From: an uncultured Chloroflexia bacterium
GTDB lineage: Bacteria; Chloroflexota; Chloroflexia; Thermomicrobiales; UBA6265
Direction of reading: 5' to 3'
Assembly (NCBI GenBank): GCA_963724295.1
Contig: CAVRUC010000007.1
Span: 384,001 to 448,000 of the forward strand
Length of the DNA stretch: 64,000 nt
Both the position numbers and the translations under genes were made by a program. This document shows positions 9,540 to 21,310 of the stretch, one piece after another. Positions within the stretch are counted from its first letter, which is position 1, and each line of letters begins with the position of its first letter. The notes beneath the pieces are model-generated. The model was not told the origin of the DNA, did not search any database, and was given only the letters and a program-made list of their open reading frames with translations.

Positions 9540-10190
9540 TTATTCCTCATAGCCCACTGTTACTTCAGATGCTGCATCCAGACCGGCATCGCCCTCCGCG
9601 GGCAGGGCTGTCGGTTCCGGCACGGTACTGATCGTAAATCGATCGTTGGTAAAGATGCACAGCTCAGCGGCGATGACCATCGCTGACTCGACGATCTCTC
9701 TGGCGGCAAGATCGGTGTGCGCGATGAGCGCCTTGGCCGCCGCGGTGGCGTACGGGGCGCCGGAACCGATGGCCGCGATTCCGTCGTCGGGTTCGATCAC
9801 ATCCCCCTCGCCGGACAAGACAAGGAGCGACTCACCGTCACCAACAATGAGCTGGGCCTCCAGCCGACGCAGGTAGCGATCGGTTCGCCATTCTTTGGCC
9901 AGCTCGACGGAGGCCTTGCGCAGGTTGCCGTCCGCCGACTTCAACTGGGTTTCGAATTTGGCGAAAAGCGTGAGCGCATCGGCAACGGCGCCGGCAAACC
10001 CGGCGATGACGGCGCCGTCGTAGAGCGTGCGAATCTTGCGCGCCCCGTGCTTGAGCACGACGTCTCCGACAGTCACCTGGCCGTCTCCAGCCATGGCGAC
10101 GACGCCGTCGCGCAGGACGCCCAGGATCGTCGTGCTGCGAATGGTCCTGGAGCTTATCTCGGACGCGTGGTTCCGCTCGTGGCGGGGCAT
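9540..10190 (-). CDS. hslV: ATP-dependent protease subunit HslV
   Basis: TTILGV (catalytic Thr), [36 protein letters not shown] at 10190 with GAGGAAG RBS. Confidence 0.96.
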   Translation of the reverse strand: MPRHERNHASEISSRTIRSTTILGVLRDGVVAMAGDGQVTVGDVVLKHGARKIRTLYDGAVIAGFAGAVADALTLFAKFETQLKSADGNLRKASVELAKEWRTDRYLRRLEAQLIVGDGESLLVLSGEGDVIEPDDGIAAIGSGAPYATAAAKALIAHTDLAAREIVESAMVIAAELCIFTNDRFTISTVPEPTALPAEGDAGLDAASEVTVGYEE

Positions 10191-10307
10191 GATGTTGGAC
10201 TTCCTCGACGCTGTGTGGCGGCGACGCCGTTGCATCGCCGCGCGGAACCTTGACGGATTCGAATCTCTGATTCTAGTCGACACGCCGGAAGAGCTCGCGG
10301 CGGGATG

Positions 10308-12560
10308 CTACCCCGCTCGAGCCAGATCGGCGCTACGCTCGACGGAGGCTCCGCACGCCGGGCACTTATCCTGCCCCCGCCGGCCGGACTCCACAAGGTA
10401 GGCGTTGCCGCAACGCGGGCAGGCGCGATCAACCGGCTTGTTCCAGGAAACGAAGTCACAGGCCGGGTACCGCTCGCAACCAAAGAAGGTGCGGCCCTTC
10501 TTCGACCGGCGCTCGACAATCTCTCCTTCGCCGCAGGTTGGACAGCGCACGCCGATTCGCGTCAGGAGCGGACGCGCGTTGCGACAATCCGGGAAGCCGC
10601 TGCACGCCTGGAACTTTCCGAATTTTCCTAACTTGATGACCATTGGGCGACCGCAGCGCTCACAGTCCTCCCCGGCCGGTTCATCTTTCAGCCGGACCCG
10701 CTCCATCGTCTGCTCGGCGCGGGCCAGGGTCTCGACAAACGGACCGTAGAACTCGTGCAGGGTCGGCACCCAGGCACGATCGCCGGAGGCGATCTCGTCG
10801 AGCTCCTCTTCCATTTGGGAGGTAAATCCGACGTCGAAGACCCGCGGGAAGTGCTCGACCAGCAGATCATTGACAATCAGCCCCAGCTCGGTGGCGACGA
10901 GCTTCTTCTCTTCCGTCGCCACGTACCCTCGGGCTTGAATCGTGGCGATTGTCGGAGCGTAGGTGCTCGGTCGCCCGATGCCCTTCTCCTCCAGGGCCTT
11001 CACCAGCGACGCCTCGGTGAATCGCGGCGGCGGCTGGGTGAAATGCTGCTCGGGAAGGAGTTGCAGGAGATCAAGATCCTCGCCTGTTCCCAACGGAGGC
11101 AAGGCGCCCTTCTCGAGTTCGTCGGCCGCGTCTCCCTCGTCCCGTCCCACCTGATAGACGGCCATGTACCCGGGGAACTTCACGACGGAACCGGTCGCCC
11201 GAAACAGGAAGGGTGGATCTCCCGGCCGCGAGATCTCCTTTTCTCTTCCGGCGGCGACGTCGACTCCCGTCTGGTCGAGCACGGCCGGACACATTTGCGA
11301 GGCGATGAACCGCTGCCAGATGAGCTGGTAGAGTCGGAACTGCTGCGAGGATAGGAACGGCTTCACGCTCGCCGGGTCCCGGTGCGGCGCCGTCGGTCGG
11401 ATCGCCTCGTGTGCCTCCTGCGCGCCTTTTGCCTTGCGTGAGTAGAGCGGCGGCCGTTCGGGCACGAACTCCGGGCCATAGCGGCGCGCGATCTCCTCGC
11501 GCGCGGCAAACTGCGCCGAGGATGCGACGTTCGTCGAATCGGTCCGCATGTAGGTGATCAGACCCTGCGTCCCTTGGGCGCCAAGATCGACACCTTCGTA
11601 GAGCTCCTGGGCGATCTGCATGGTGCGGCGAACACCGAGACCAATCTTGCGCGAGGCCTCTTGCTGAAGTGTGCTCGTCGTGAAGGGCGGCGATGGCCGT
11701 CGCTGCACTTCCTTGCGGGTGACATCGGCGACGCGGTAGTGAGCACCATCCAGAGCGGCCAGTACTGCCTCAGTCTGCTCAGCGTTGTCAAGGGTGATCT
11801 TCTTGCCCTGAACGCGTTGCAATCCGGCGCGAAAGATGTCCCTCGGCTTCGGCTCGCCTCCCGTCTGCTTGGCCAGCTCCGCGTCAATCGACCAGTACTC
11901 AACCGGCTCGAAGGCCTGAATCTCCCGTTCCCGCTCCACGACGATGCGCAGCGCCGCGGTCTGGACCCGCCCCGCCGACAGACCGCGCTTGACCTTCTTC
12001 CAAAGAAGGGGGCTGACCTTGTAGCCAACCAGCCGGTCGAGCACGCGCCGCGCCTGCTGCGCGTCTACCAAATCGGGATCAATGCCGCGCGGGCTGGCCA
12101 TAGCCTCGCTCACGGCCTGGGGGGTGATCTCGTGGAAGACCACGCGATGCACCGGCTTGGCCTCCGCGCCGGTGGCCTGAATCAGGTGCCAGGCGATAGC
12201 CTCGCCCTCGCGATCGGGGTCCGTCGCGAGGTAGACCTCACGCGCCTTCTGGACGCTCTCCTTGAGCTCCTTGATCAGCTTGGTCTTGTCTCTCGGCACC
12301 AGGTACGTCGGGGCAAAATTGTCGTCGACGTCGACCCCGAGGGTGCTCTTTGGCAGATCGCGAACGTGGCCCATCGAGGCCTTCACGGTGTAGCCGCTGC
12401 CAAGGTACTTGCCAATGGTCCGCGCTTTCGCTGGAGATTCGACGATCACCAGGCGACCACGACCTGGACCGGTGGCGGCAACCTTCGATTTGCTTTTCGT
12501 CGACGAGTTCGAGGACTTCGCCGCAGCGCGGCGCGGTTTAGGCGATGGTGATTGAGGCAT
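10308..12560 (-). CDS. topA: DNA topoisomerase I
   Basis: LVIVESPAKA, ATDPDREGEAI, SAGRVQ, LITYMRTDS (catalytic Tyr), C-terminal zinc ribbons. Confidence 0.98.
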   Translation of the reverse strand: MPQSPSPKPRRAAAKSSNSSTKSKSKVAATGPGRGRLVIVESPAKARTIGKYLGSGYTVKASMGHVRDLPKSTLGVDVDDNFAPTYLVPRDKTKLIKELKESVQKAREVYLATDPDREGEAIAWHLIQATGAEAKPVHRVVFHEITPQAVSEAMASPRGIDPDLVDAQQARRVLDRLVGYKVSPLLWKKVKRGLSAGRVQTAALRIVVEREREIQAFEPVEYWSIDAELAKQTGGEPKPRDIFRAGLQRVQGKKITLDNAEQTEAVLAALDGAHYRVADVTRKEVQRRPSPPFTTSTLQQEASRKIGLGVRRTMQIAQELYEGVDLGAQGTQGLITYMRTDSTNVASSAQFAAREEIARRYGPEFVPERPPLYSRKAKGAQEAHEAIRPTAPHRDPASVKPFLSSQQFRLYQLIWQRFIASQMCPAVLDQTGVDVAAGREKEISRPGDPPFLFRATGSVVKFPGYMAVYQVGRDEGDAADELEKGALPPLGTGEDLDLLQLLPEQHFTQPPPRFTEASLVKALEEKGIGRPSTYAPTIATIQARGYVATEEKKLVATELGLIVNDLLVEHFPRVFDVGFTSQMEEELDEIASGDRAWVPTLHEFYGPFVETLARAEQTMERVRLKDEPAGEDCERCGRPMVIKLGKFGKFQACSGFPDCRNARPLLTRIGVRCPTCGEGEIVERRSKKGRTFFGCERYPACDFVSWNKPVDRACPRCGNAYLVESGRRGQDKCPACGASVERSADLARAG

Positions 12561-12653
12561 GATGGACTAGGGTCTCCGTGCGAGGCGGGTGTTGGCAAAG
12601 CGGGAACGCGGTGCAATCGAGCGCGGCGGTACTGGCGCCGCGAACGGGGCGGA

Positions 12654-12683
12654 ACGTTAGACACCACAGCGGCGCAATGTCAA
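12654..12683 (-). promoter_or_regulatory. Putative promoter of topA-hslVU
   Basis: TTGACA-18 nt-TAACGT on the minus strand upstream of topA. Confidence 0.4.
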
Positions 12684-12733
12684 GGACGCCTGGCGGTCAT
12701 CCCCGTTCGCGGCGCTCCATATGACGGACTGCT

Positions 12734-13855
12734 CTATCGGAGAACGTAATACTGCGCTCCGTGGTTCCGCACCAATCCCTTCAATTCCATCGTCAGCATC
12801 AGGGCCGAGGCAGTTCCAGCCGGGAGCCCCGCGTCCTCGGCAAGCTCGTCGATGTGGCGGGCCTCCTTGCCCAGCGCGTCATAGAGCCTGCGTTCATTGT
12901 CGTCAAGCAACAGTTGGGCCTGTTTTGCCACAGGTCCGCTGCCAACGCCGAGACCGAGATCTTCCAAGATGTCCGCGCCGTCGCGCACCAGTCGTGCGCC
13001 ATCCCGCAGGAGTCCATTAGTGCCCTCCGATGTTTGGGCAAAGATGCTCCCGGGAATGACGAACACCTCACGGCCCTGGTCGCCGGCGAATGACGCTGTG
13101 ATGAGCGCGCCACTCCGCGCCGGAGCCTCGATGATGAGCGTCCCCAGCGTCATCCCGGAGACGATCCGATTGCGGGCTGGAAAATTCTGGGCGTCCGGCT
13201 TTGCGCCAGGCGGGAATTCGGAGAGGATGGCTCCGGATTCGACGATCTGTTCGGAAAGCCGGCGGTGCTCGGCTGGATAGATCACGTCAGGACCGGAGCC
13301 GAGGACGGCGATGGTGCGGCCGCCCGCTTCGAGCGCGGCGCGGTGGGCAACGGCGTCCACTCCGCGAGCCAGCCCCGAGACCACGGTGACACCGGCCTGG
13401 GCGAGCTCGGCGGCGATTCGCTCCGCGGCTTGCCTTCCATAGGGAGTTGCCCGGCGCGTACCGACGATCGCGACCGACGTGTCGTCAGCAGCGGCAAGCT
13501 CGCCCCGTACATAGAGAAGTGAAGGTCGACCTGAAATTTCGGCAAGGAGGCGCGGGTAGGACGGGTGTACGGGGTGGACTGCGCGGATCCCGAGTCGACG
13601 AAGTCGCTCGAGCTCAGCCGCCGGATCGATCCGGCCGCGCGCGGCGAGCAGTTCCGAGAGTGACCGTGACTCCAGCGCCACCCGGAGCGCTTCCGCCGGA
13701 GCCGACCAGGCAGTAGAAAGCGAGCCGAACGTCTGCAACAGCCGGTCGATGCGTGCGGGCCCGATGTATGGCACGCGAGAGATCGCGAGCCAGAATGCGG
13801 TCTCGCTATCGGCGTCCGACGCCCCGGGTGCTCCCTGACGGTTTGTATCGGTCAC
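12734..13855 (-). CDS. dprA: DNA-processing protein DprA (Smf)
   Basis: VAIVGTR, VVSGLARGVD, FPARNRIVSG, SGALITA, C-terminal winged helix. Conserved dprA-topA order. Confidence 0.96.
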   Translation of the reverse strand: MTDTNRQGAPGASDADSETAFWLAISRVPYIGPARIDRLLQTFGSLSTAWSAPAEALRVALESRSLSELLAARGRIDPAAELERLRRLGIRAVHPVHPSYPRLLAEISGRPSLLYVRGELAAADDTSVAIVGTRRATPYGRQAAERIAAELAQAGVTVVSGLARGVDAVAHRAALEAGGRTIAVLGSGPDVIYPAEHRRLSEQIVESGAILSEFPPGAKPDAQNFPARNRIVSGMTLGTLIIEAPARSGALITASFAGDQGREVFVIPGSIFAQTSEGTNGLLRDGARLVRDGADILEDLGLGVGSGPVAKQAQLLLDDNERRLYDALGKEARHIDELAEDAGLPAGTASALMLTMELKGLVRNHGAQYYVLR

Positions 13856-14027
13856 CGTTGCCCTTTCCGCCCGACACCTGCGTCGTCACGGACGATTGTA
13901 TAGGTAGCACTCTGCGGGTTCGGACCGCCGTGGACGAGCGCTCGCGTCGCTTGGCTAGAATGATCGTTGCGCTGGTCGGGCGAATGGCGACGAGGGAGAA
14001 CCGCGAGACGCGGGCTTGGGGGCTGCA

Positions 14028-14792
14028 ATGCGATTGAACAATCCGGTGAAAGAGACACTGCGCGCGGGGGGCACCGCGATCGGCGTATTCATTCCTATGC
14101 CCTCTCCGGACGTCGTCGAGATCGTGGCACTGGCTGGATTCGATTTTGCCCTCCTCGACGCCGAGCATGGTCGGATCAGCCCCGACGACGCATACCCGAT
14201 GATCCTGGCCGCCGAAGCCAGAGACGTCCCCGCGTTGGTGCGCGTTGGCGAAAACGATCGCCAGGTCATCCTCAAGTACCTCGATCTCGGCGTGTCCGGC
14301 GTGATGATTCCGCAAACCAACTCGCCGGAGCTTGCACGTGCGGCAATCGAGGCGGTGCGGTACGCCCCGGCTGGCTTGCGCGGCCTTGCGGGTGGCCGCA
14401 CATTCGACTACGGACAGGGCAGGCCGATGTCCGAGCTCGTGCCGGCGATCAACGAACGGGTCCTCAGCATTGTCCAGTTCGAGCATATCGATGCCCTCCC
14501 CCTCCTCGACGCCGTGCTCGCAACTGAGGGACTCGACGTGCTCTTCGTTGGGCCGACCGATCTGCATCAGTCAATGGGATATGGCGGACAACTCGGTCAT
14601 CCGGACGTAGAGGCCGTGATCCAGCAGGTTGTCGATGCCGCCAGGGACCGAGGTGTTGCGCTGGCTATCGTCGCCCCTGATGCTGAACAGACGAACCGGC
14701 GGCTGAAGCAGGGGTTCCAGATGGTTGTCACGAATGTGCCGGCTTTGCTGATGCGCGCCTCGCGCGAGATGCTGACCGCTATCGAGCGCTGA
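14028..14792 (+). CDS. HpcH/HpaI aldolase family protein
   Basis: GFDFALLDAEHG, YLDLGVSGVMIP, VRYAPAGLRG, LFVGPTDL. Confidence 0.9.
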   Translation: MRLNNPVKETLRAGGTAIGVFIPMPSPDVVEIVALAGFDFALLDAEHGRISPDDAYPMILAAEARDVPALVRVGENDRQVILKYLDLGVSGVMIPQTNSPELARAAIEAVRYAPAGLRGLAGGRTFDYGQGRPMSELVPAINERVLSIVQFEHIDALPLLDAVLATEGLDVLFVGPTDLHQSMGYGGQLGHPDVEAVIQQVVDAARDRGVALAIVAPDAEQTNRRLKQGFQMVVTNVPALLMRASREMLTAIER

Positions 14793-15295
14793 TGCACGGG
14801 ATGACTGTCACCATCCGCGATGCGGAGCCAGACGACTATGACCGGATCATCAGTAACGTCGACGCCTGGTGGGGCGGGCGGTCGATGTCCGGCATGCTGC
14901 CGCGTCTCTTCTTCAATTACTTTCGGCCGTGGACCTTTGTCGCGGCTCACGACGAAACAATCATTGGCTTCCTGGCGGGATTCCAGTCGCAAACCGATCC
15001 GCGCCAGGTCTATTGCCACTTCATTGGCGTTGATCCTGGCTGGCGCGGCCAAGGCGTCGGCGAGGCCCTTTACCAGCGTCTTTTCGTGGAAGCGACTTCG
15101 CGGGGTTGCCGAGAGGTGCATGCGGTGACGGCTCCCACGAACCGCGGCTCGATCGCGTTCCACACCCGTATGGGATTCACGTCCCTGCCGGGACCTTGCT
15201 CGGAGTTTCAGGTTCCCTACAGTCCGGACTATGATGGACCCGGCGAGGACCGGGTCAGGTTCCGGAAACCATTGCTCGATCCATCACGGCGCTAG
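14792..15295 (+). CDS. GNAT family N-acetyltransferase
   Basis: Motif A GVDPGWRGQGVGEALY and NRGSIAFHTRMGF. Start overlaps the aldolase stop. Confidence 0.88.
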   Translation: MHGMTVTIRDAEPDDYDRIISNVDAWWGGRSMSGMLPRLFFNYFRPWTFVAAHDETIIGFLAGFQSQTDPRQVYCHFIGVDPGWRGQGVGEALYQRLFVEATSRGCREVHAVTAPTNRGSIAFHTRMGFTSLPGPCSEFQVPYSPDYDGPGEDRVRFRKPLLDPSRR

Positions 15296-15498
15296 CGGCC
15301 GATTGTCAATTGAGTATGTCAACGGGCTGTGGTATCCTCCGGCGCCAGCATGTGGACGAATTACACAGATTTAGGTTCTTCGCGGCACGCCACCGGTCGT
15401 ACGACGCGGCAGTGATCACCGCCTTCAGCGGCCAAAAGCGGCAAGAGGATTCTGCGCAGAGTCCAGGGCCAGTGAGCCGGTGACCGAGAGGAGCAACC

Positions 15499-16701
<1,203 letters not shown>

Positions 16702-16713
16702 AGGGAGCGATTG

Positions 16714-17832
16714 ATGGCAGCATCCAAACCGGTCGGCGCCTCCTCCACCGCGACACAGGCCGCGGAGCCCCAGGTAACCGCTAACGGCGCGAAAAGCAAT
16801 GGCGCTGGCGATTCACTCCTTACTGTCAATAATCTGGTGATGCACTTCCCGCTGACGCGGGGAATCATCTTCCAGAAGAAAGTTGGCGCTGTTCAGGCTG
16901 TCGACGGAATCTCGTTCAATGTCAAGCCGGGTGAGACGCTGGGTCTGGTCGGCGAGTCGGGTTGCGGCAAGTCGACAACCGGGCGCGCGATCCTTCAGCT
17001 CTACAAGCCAACCGACGGTGAAGTCATCTTCAAGGGCAAGGATCTGACCAAGCTTAATGGCGGCGACATGCGCAAGATGCGTCGCCATTTGCAGATGATT
17101 TTCCAGGACCCCTACGCGTCGTTGAATCCGCGGATGACGGTCGGCAACATCGTGTCTGAGCCGATGCAGATCCACAATCTCGTTCCCAAGAGGGACCGCA
17201 CGCAGCGGGTGCAGGAGTTGCTGGAGACCGTCGGGCTCAATCCCTATTTCGCGAATCGCTATCCGCATGAGTTCTCCGGTGGACAGCGCCAGCGCATCGG
17301 TATCGCCCGGGCGCTCGCCGCGAACCCGGATTTCATCGTCGCCGACGAGCCCGTGTCCGCCCTCGACGTTTCGATTCAGGCCCAGATCGTCAACCTCCTG
17401 GAAGACCTGCAGGAGCGATTCGGGCTCACCTACCTCTTCATCGCCCACGACCTGTCGGTGGTGAAGCACATCTCGGATCGCGTGGCGGTCATGTATCTCG
17501 GCAAGATCGTCGAGATGGCCGACCGCAACGAGCTCTACGCGGACCCGTTGCACCCCTATACAAAGGCCCTTCTCTCAGCCGTTCCGATTCCGGACCCGGT
17601 GATCGAAAAGCGACGCGAGCGCATCATCCTCCCGGGCGACGTCCCGAGCCCGATCAACCCGCCTTCAGGCTGCCATTTCCACACGCGCTGTCCATACGCC
17701 ATGGAGGTTTGTCGCCAGGTCGACCCGGTCTTCGCGGACCAGGGTAACGGCCACTTCGTAGCCTGCCATCTCTACCCAGGTTCCGGCGCCGAGCAGGCTC
17801 CTGGCGGCGCGGCGAAGTTCCAGGCGATTTAG
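16714..17832 (+). CDS. oppF: Oligopeptide ABC transporter ATP-binding protein
   Basis: [39 protein letters not shown]...VACH. Confidence 0.95.
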   Translation: MAASKPVGASSTATQAAEPQVTANGAKSNGAGDSLLTVNNLVMHFPLTRGIIFQKKVGAVQAVDGISFNVKPGETLGLVGESGCGKSTTGRAILQLYKPTDGEVIFKGKDLTKLNGGDMRKMRRHLQMIFQDPYASLNPRMTVGNIVSEPMQIHNLVPKRDRTQRVQELLETVGLNPYFANRYPHEFSGGQRQRIGIARALAANPDFIVADEPVSALDVSIQAQIVNLLEDLQERFGLTYLFIAHDLSVVKHISDRVAVMYLGKIVEMADRNELYADPLHPYTKALLSAVPIPDPVIEKRRERIILPGDVPSPINPPSGCHFHTRCPYAMEVCRQVDPVFADQGNGHFVACHLYPGSGAEQAPGGAAKFQAI

Positions 17833-17858
17833 AGCGACGACCCGGTTGGCGTGATTAG

Positions 17859-18521
17859 ATGCCTGGATTCGGGGAATTCGATCCCCAGTATTTTTTCGCG
17901 GTCATCGTCACCTTCATCATCGCCATCACGGTCCATGAGTTCATGCACGCCTGGACCGCCTGGATGCTCGGCGATGACACCGCACGTCTCTTAGGGCGCG
18001 TCAGCCTGAACCCGGTGGTGCACTTCGATCCCATCGGTGCCTTGCTGTTCGTCCTGATTGCACTTGGGCTACCTGGAATTGCCTGGGGTAAGCCCGTTCC
18101 GGTGAATGATTTCCGACTGCGTCCCGCCGGCAGGTTTGGCCGGCACGGGAGCATGGCTCTTGTCGCGTTCGCGGGACCGCTTTCGAATGTAGTCCTCGGA
18201 GCTGTCGCCGCCGGCATCTGGCGTCTCTCCTCATCCGCCGGTGTGCGTCTCGGTGCGGTCGAGCAATTCCTAGAAATCTTCATGCTCGTCAACTTCAGTC
18301 TCGCGGCGTTCAATATGATTCCGTTGCCGCCGCTCGACGGGTCGCGCATTCTCGTCGCGCTGCTGCCGCCCTTCTGGCGTCCGGTTCTGGCGCCCCTGGA
18401 GCGATACGGCGTGCCGATCCTGATTCTGCTGCTCATTTTTGGGCGGGGGATTGGGAGCAGCATCATCGGCGGAATCACGGACCCGGTGCTCGGACTTCTG
18501 CTGGCCATCTTCGTCGGCTGA
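17859..18521 (+). CDS. Site-2 protease (peptidase M50)
   Basis: HEFMH zinc motif, AGPLSN, FNMIPLPPLDG, several hydrophobic segments. Confidence 0.92.
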   Translation: MPGFGEFDPQYFFAVIVTFIIAITVHEFMHAWTAWMLGDDTARLLGRVSLNPVVHFDPIGALLFVLIALGLPGIAWGKPVPVNDFRLRPAGRFGRHGSMALVAFAGPLSNVVLGAVAAGIWRLSSSAGVRLGAVEQFLEIFMLVNFSLAAFNMIPLPPLDGSRILVALLPPFWRPVLAPLERYGVPILILLLIFGRGIGSSIIGGITDPVLGLLLAIFVG

Positions 18522-18598
18522 CGCAGCTGCCAGAGAGCCATCCACCCTCGCTGGGCCTCAGCGGTCATACCGACGCCCGCATCGCGTAGACTCACGTC

Positions 18599-19405
18599 AT
18601 GGCGCAATCGTCCGCTGCGGTCACAACGCTCGACGGCTATCAGTTTCGGCTACCGTCCTTCGAGGGACCGCTCGATGTGCTGTTACGGCTCATCGAGCGA
18701 GATCAGCTGGCAATCAGCGAAGTATCCCTGCTGGCCGTCTTCGATCAGTTCCTGGAGCATCTGGCCACGCTGGAAGCAGACGCTCCTGACGCAATCGCGG
18801 AATTCGTCCTGGTGGCCGGCCGTCTCTCCGTGCTCAAGTCCCGAGCCCTGCTGCCCCGTCCCGCAAAGCCATTGGAAGAACCCGACGAAATCGATCTCGT
18901 CACACAGTTGGAAGCGTATCGGGCGGTGAAGGCTGCGGCCGAGCTTCTCGGCGTCCGCCAGCGCAATGGCTCCGGCGCCTTCGGTCGCGGCGAAGCCATC
19001 GCGTGCCCGCCGGCGGAGCCAGCCCGATTCGCGCCTCAGCCGCCATCGGCACTGGTGCAAGCCGTCAGCCGCTGGCTGACGCGCGTGCCCGCGAAACCCG
19101 TGCTGCTTCCTGCCCACCGCGTCATTTCGCTGCGCGAGATGGTCTCGAGGATTAGCTCAGCCCTGGACCGCGACGCACGTATCTCGTTCGACCGTATCCG
19201 AGCCACCTGTGCCGGACCGCAAGACACCGTGGTGGCCTTTCTGGCCCTCCTCACGTTGATCCGCCGGCAGACCGTAATGGCAACTCAGTCAGAGCTTTTC
19301 GGGCCGATTGAACTGGCGCGCGGGGCATACTCGGTTCGCGCATCAAACGAAATGCGGGTGTCACGACCGGACGGAACGAATGGTGAGGACCGACGCGGCA
19401 CGTGA
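18599..19405 (+). CDS. scpA: Segregation/condensation protein A
   Basis: FEGPLDVLLRLI, KSRALLP, FLALLTL...QSELFGPI. Confidence 0.92.
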   Translation: MAQSSAAVTTLDGYQFRLPSFEGPLDVLLRLIERDQLAISEVSLLAVFDQFLEHLATLEADAPDAIAEFVLVAGRLSVLKSRALLPRPAKPLEEPDEIDLVTQLEAYRAVKAAAELLGVRQRNGSGAFGRGEAIACPPAEPARFAPQPPSALVQAVSRWLTRVPAKPVLLPAHRVISLREMVSRISSALDRDARISFDRIRATCAGPQDTVVAFLALLTLIRRQTVMATQSELFGPIELARGAYSVRASNEMRVSRPDGTNGEDRRGT

Positions 19406-20045
19406 GTCCAGGGCTACCGCTAGCCCACCTGAGTTGGCGCCATTGGTCAGCGTGGATCATCACGAGCTGCCGGCGCTGCTCGAAGCGTTGCTGCTGGTGT
19501 CGCCTGAGCCGGCTGACCTTCGTGATCTTGCGGCGGCGGCCGGTGTTGCCGTCTCCACGGTCGAAGACGCGCTGACCACCATCAACGACGACCCCTCGCG
19601 CGGCTGGGTGGTGATCCGGCACCGGGATACGGTGCACCTTTCCTCGGCGCCCCGGTTTGCGCCGTATGTTCGCCGCTTCCTCGGACTCGACCGGGAGGCG
19701 CGGCTCTCCGGGGCGGCGCTGGAGACGCTGGCACTCATTGCCTATCGGCAACCGGTAACGCGGGCCGAGATCGAATCGCTCAGGGGCGTTGATAGCTCCG
19801 GGGTCCTCTCCACCCTGTTCGCCCGAGGCCTGATCGAAGTCGCGGGCAGGCTGCCCACGGTCGGCAATCCGCATCAGTACGTGACATCACTCGAGTTTCT
19901 CAAGCAATTTGGATTGCGCTCGCTCGAGGATCTGCCACCACTTGCAGAGATAACCGGCTACGGGTCCGAGTTGATGTTCGAGCAGTTTCAAGGACCCCCG
20001 CGAAGTGAGAGTCCGGGCAAATCCGGCAGCGGCGAACCTGGCTAG
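19380..20045 (+). CDS. scpB: SMC-Scp complex subunit ScpB
   Basis: LSGAALETLALIAYRQPVTRAEIESLRGV, FLKQFGLRSLEDLPPL. Confidence 0.95.
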   Translation: MVRTDAARESRATASPPELAPLVSVDHHELPALLEALLLVSPEPADLRDLAAAAGVAVSTVEDALTTINDDPSRGWVVIRHRDTVHLSSAPRFAPYVRRFLGLDREARLSGAALETLALIAYRQPVTRAEIESLRGVDSSGVLSTLFARGLIEVAGRLPTVGNPHQYVTSLEFLKQFGLRSLEDLPPLAEITGYGSELMFEQFQGPPRSESPGKSGSGEPG

Positions 20046-21229
20046 CTTGCGGCGCTTCCAACCAGGGCGCGCGCCCGGTCAACTGATGACACCAGCGCAT
20101 CGATGGCCTCGTCGATCTGATCTTCAGTGTTTGACCGTCCAACGGTGAACCGCAACGCCGACCGGCAGGCGTCGTCCGACAGCCCCATGGCACGCAGGAC
20201 GTGGCTCGGCTCGGTATTCCCCGTCGTGCATGCCGATCCCGCGGAGGCCGCAACTCCGAGCACGTCGAGGCTGAGAAGCAGCGTCTCACCCTGAATACCC
20301 GGAATGGTCAGATTGAAGTTGTTCGGGAGACGAAGCCACGGATCGGACGGGCCATTGAGGATGGCCTCGGGGATCGCCGCGAAGAGACCATGGGCGAGCC
20401 GATCTCGCAATCGCCCACAATGTTCGGCGTAGGCATCGCGCCAGCCGTCCGCGCGTTCCAGGGCCAGGCCCAGCCCGACAATACCCGGCACATTCTCCGT
20501 TCCGCCGCGCCGGCCCTGCTCCTGGCCGCCACCCTTCTGTTGAATTTCGAGCGGCGTACCACGACGCGCGTAGAGCAGCCCGACTCCTTTCGGTCCGTAG
20601 AACTTGTGAGCCGAGAGCGACAGCAAGTCGACGCCGAGGGCATCGACGTCCAGTGGCAGCGTGCCCGCGGCTTGCACGGCGTCGGTATGCAACGGGATAC
20701 CGCGATCGCGAGCAACCGCGCCAATTTCCTGCACTGGCTGGATTGCCCCCGACTCGTTGTTCGCGTACATGACCGAGATCAAGCACGTCTCTGGTCGCAC
20801 CGCGGCGGCAATCGTCTCCGGATCAATCAGACCTCGGGAATCCGGCGCCACGTACGTCGCGGTGAACCCCTGCCGTTCCAGATCCTGCGCGGTATGCAGA
20901 ACCGCGTGATGCTCGATGGTCGTGGTAACGATGTGCGGCTTTGCGCCACCGCCTGTGTGCGCGAGCCTCGCTCCCCAGGCGACACCGCGTAAAGCGAGGT
21001 TGTCACTCTCGGTGGCCCCGCTGGTGAAGATGATCTCTCCTGGGTCACACCCCAGGACACGAGCACAGGAGCTTCGGGCCTGATCTAGCGCGGCGCGGGA
21101 CTCCTGGCCGAGGCGGTAGATGCTCGAGGGGTTCCCGTAGCGCTCCGTGAAGTACGGGAGCATCGCGGCAAGTACATCCGGGTCGAGTGGAGTGGTCGCG
21201 GCGTGATCGAGATAGATGGTGTCGTCCAT
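20042..21229 (-). CDS. iscS: Cysteine desulfurase, group I (IscS/NifS-like)
   Basis: IYLDHAATTP, FTSGATESDN, SAHKFYGPKG (PLP lysine), SAGSACT (catalytic Cys). Confidence 0.92.
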   Translation of the reverse strand: MDDTIYLDHAATTPLDPDVLAAMLPYFTERYGNPSSIYRLGQESRAALDQARSSCARVLGCDPGEIIFTSGATESDNLALRGVAWGARLAHTGGGAKPHIVTTTIEHHAVLHTAQDLERQGFTATYVAPDSRGLIDPETIAAAVRPETCLISVMYANNESGAIQPVQEIGAVARDRGIPLHTDAVQAAGTLPLDVDALGVDLLSLSAHKFYGPKGVGLLYARRGTPLEIQQKGGGQEQGRRGGTENVPGIVGLGLALERADGWRDAYAEHCGRLRDRLAHGLFAAIPEAILNGPSDPWLRLPNNFNLTIPGIQGETLLLSLDVLGVAASAGSACTTGNTEPSHVLRAMGLSDDACRSALRFTVGRSNTEDQIDEAIDALVSSVDRARALVGSAAS

Positions 21230-21310
21230 GAAGTTCGCAGGTCTATGTGGTTCGCTCGCCGAGAGCCCGATGCCAGATGGCAGCCCGCCGCGAGCTGGTC
21301 GGAATCTCGT

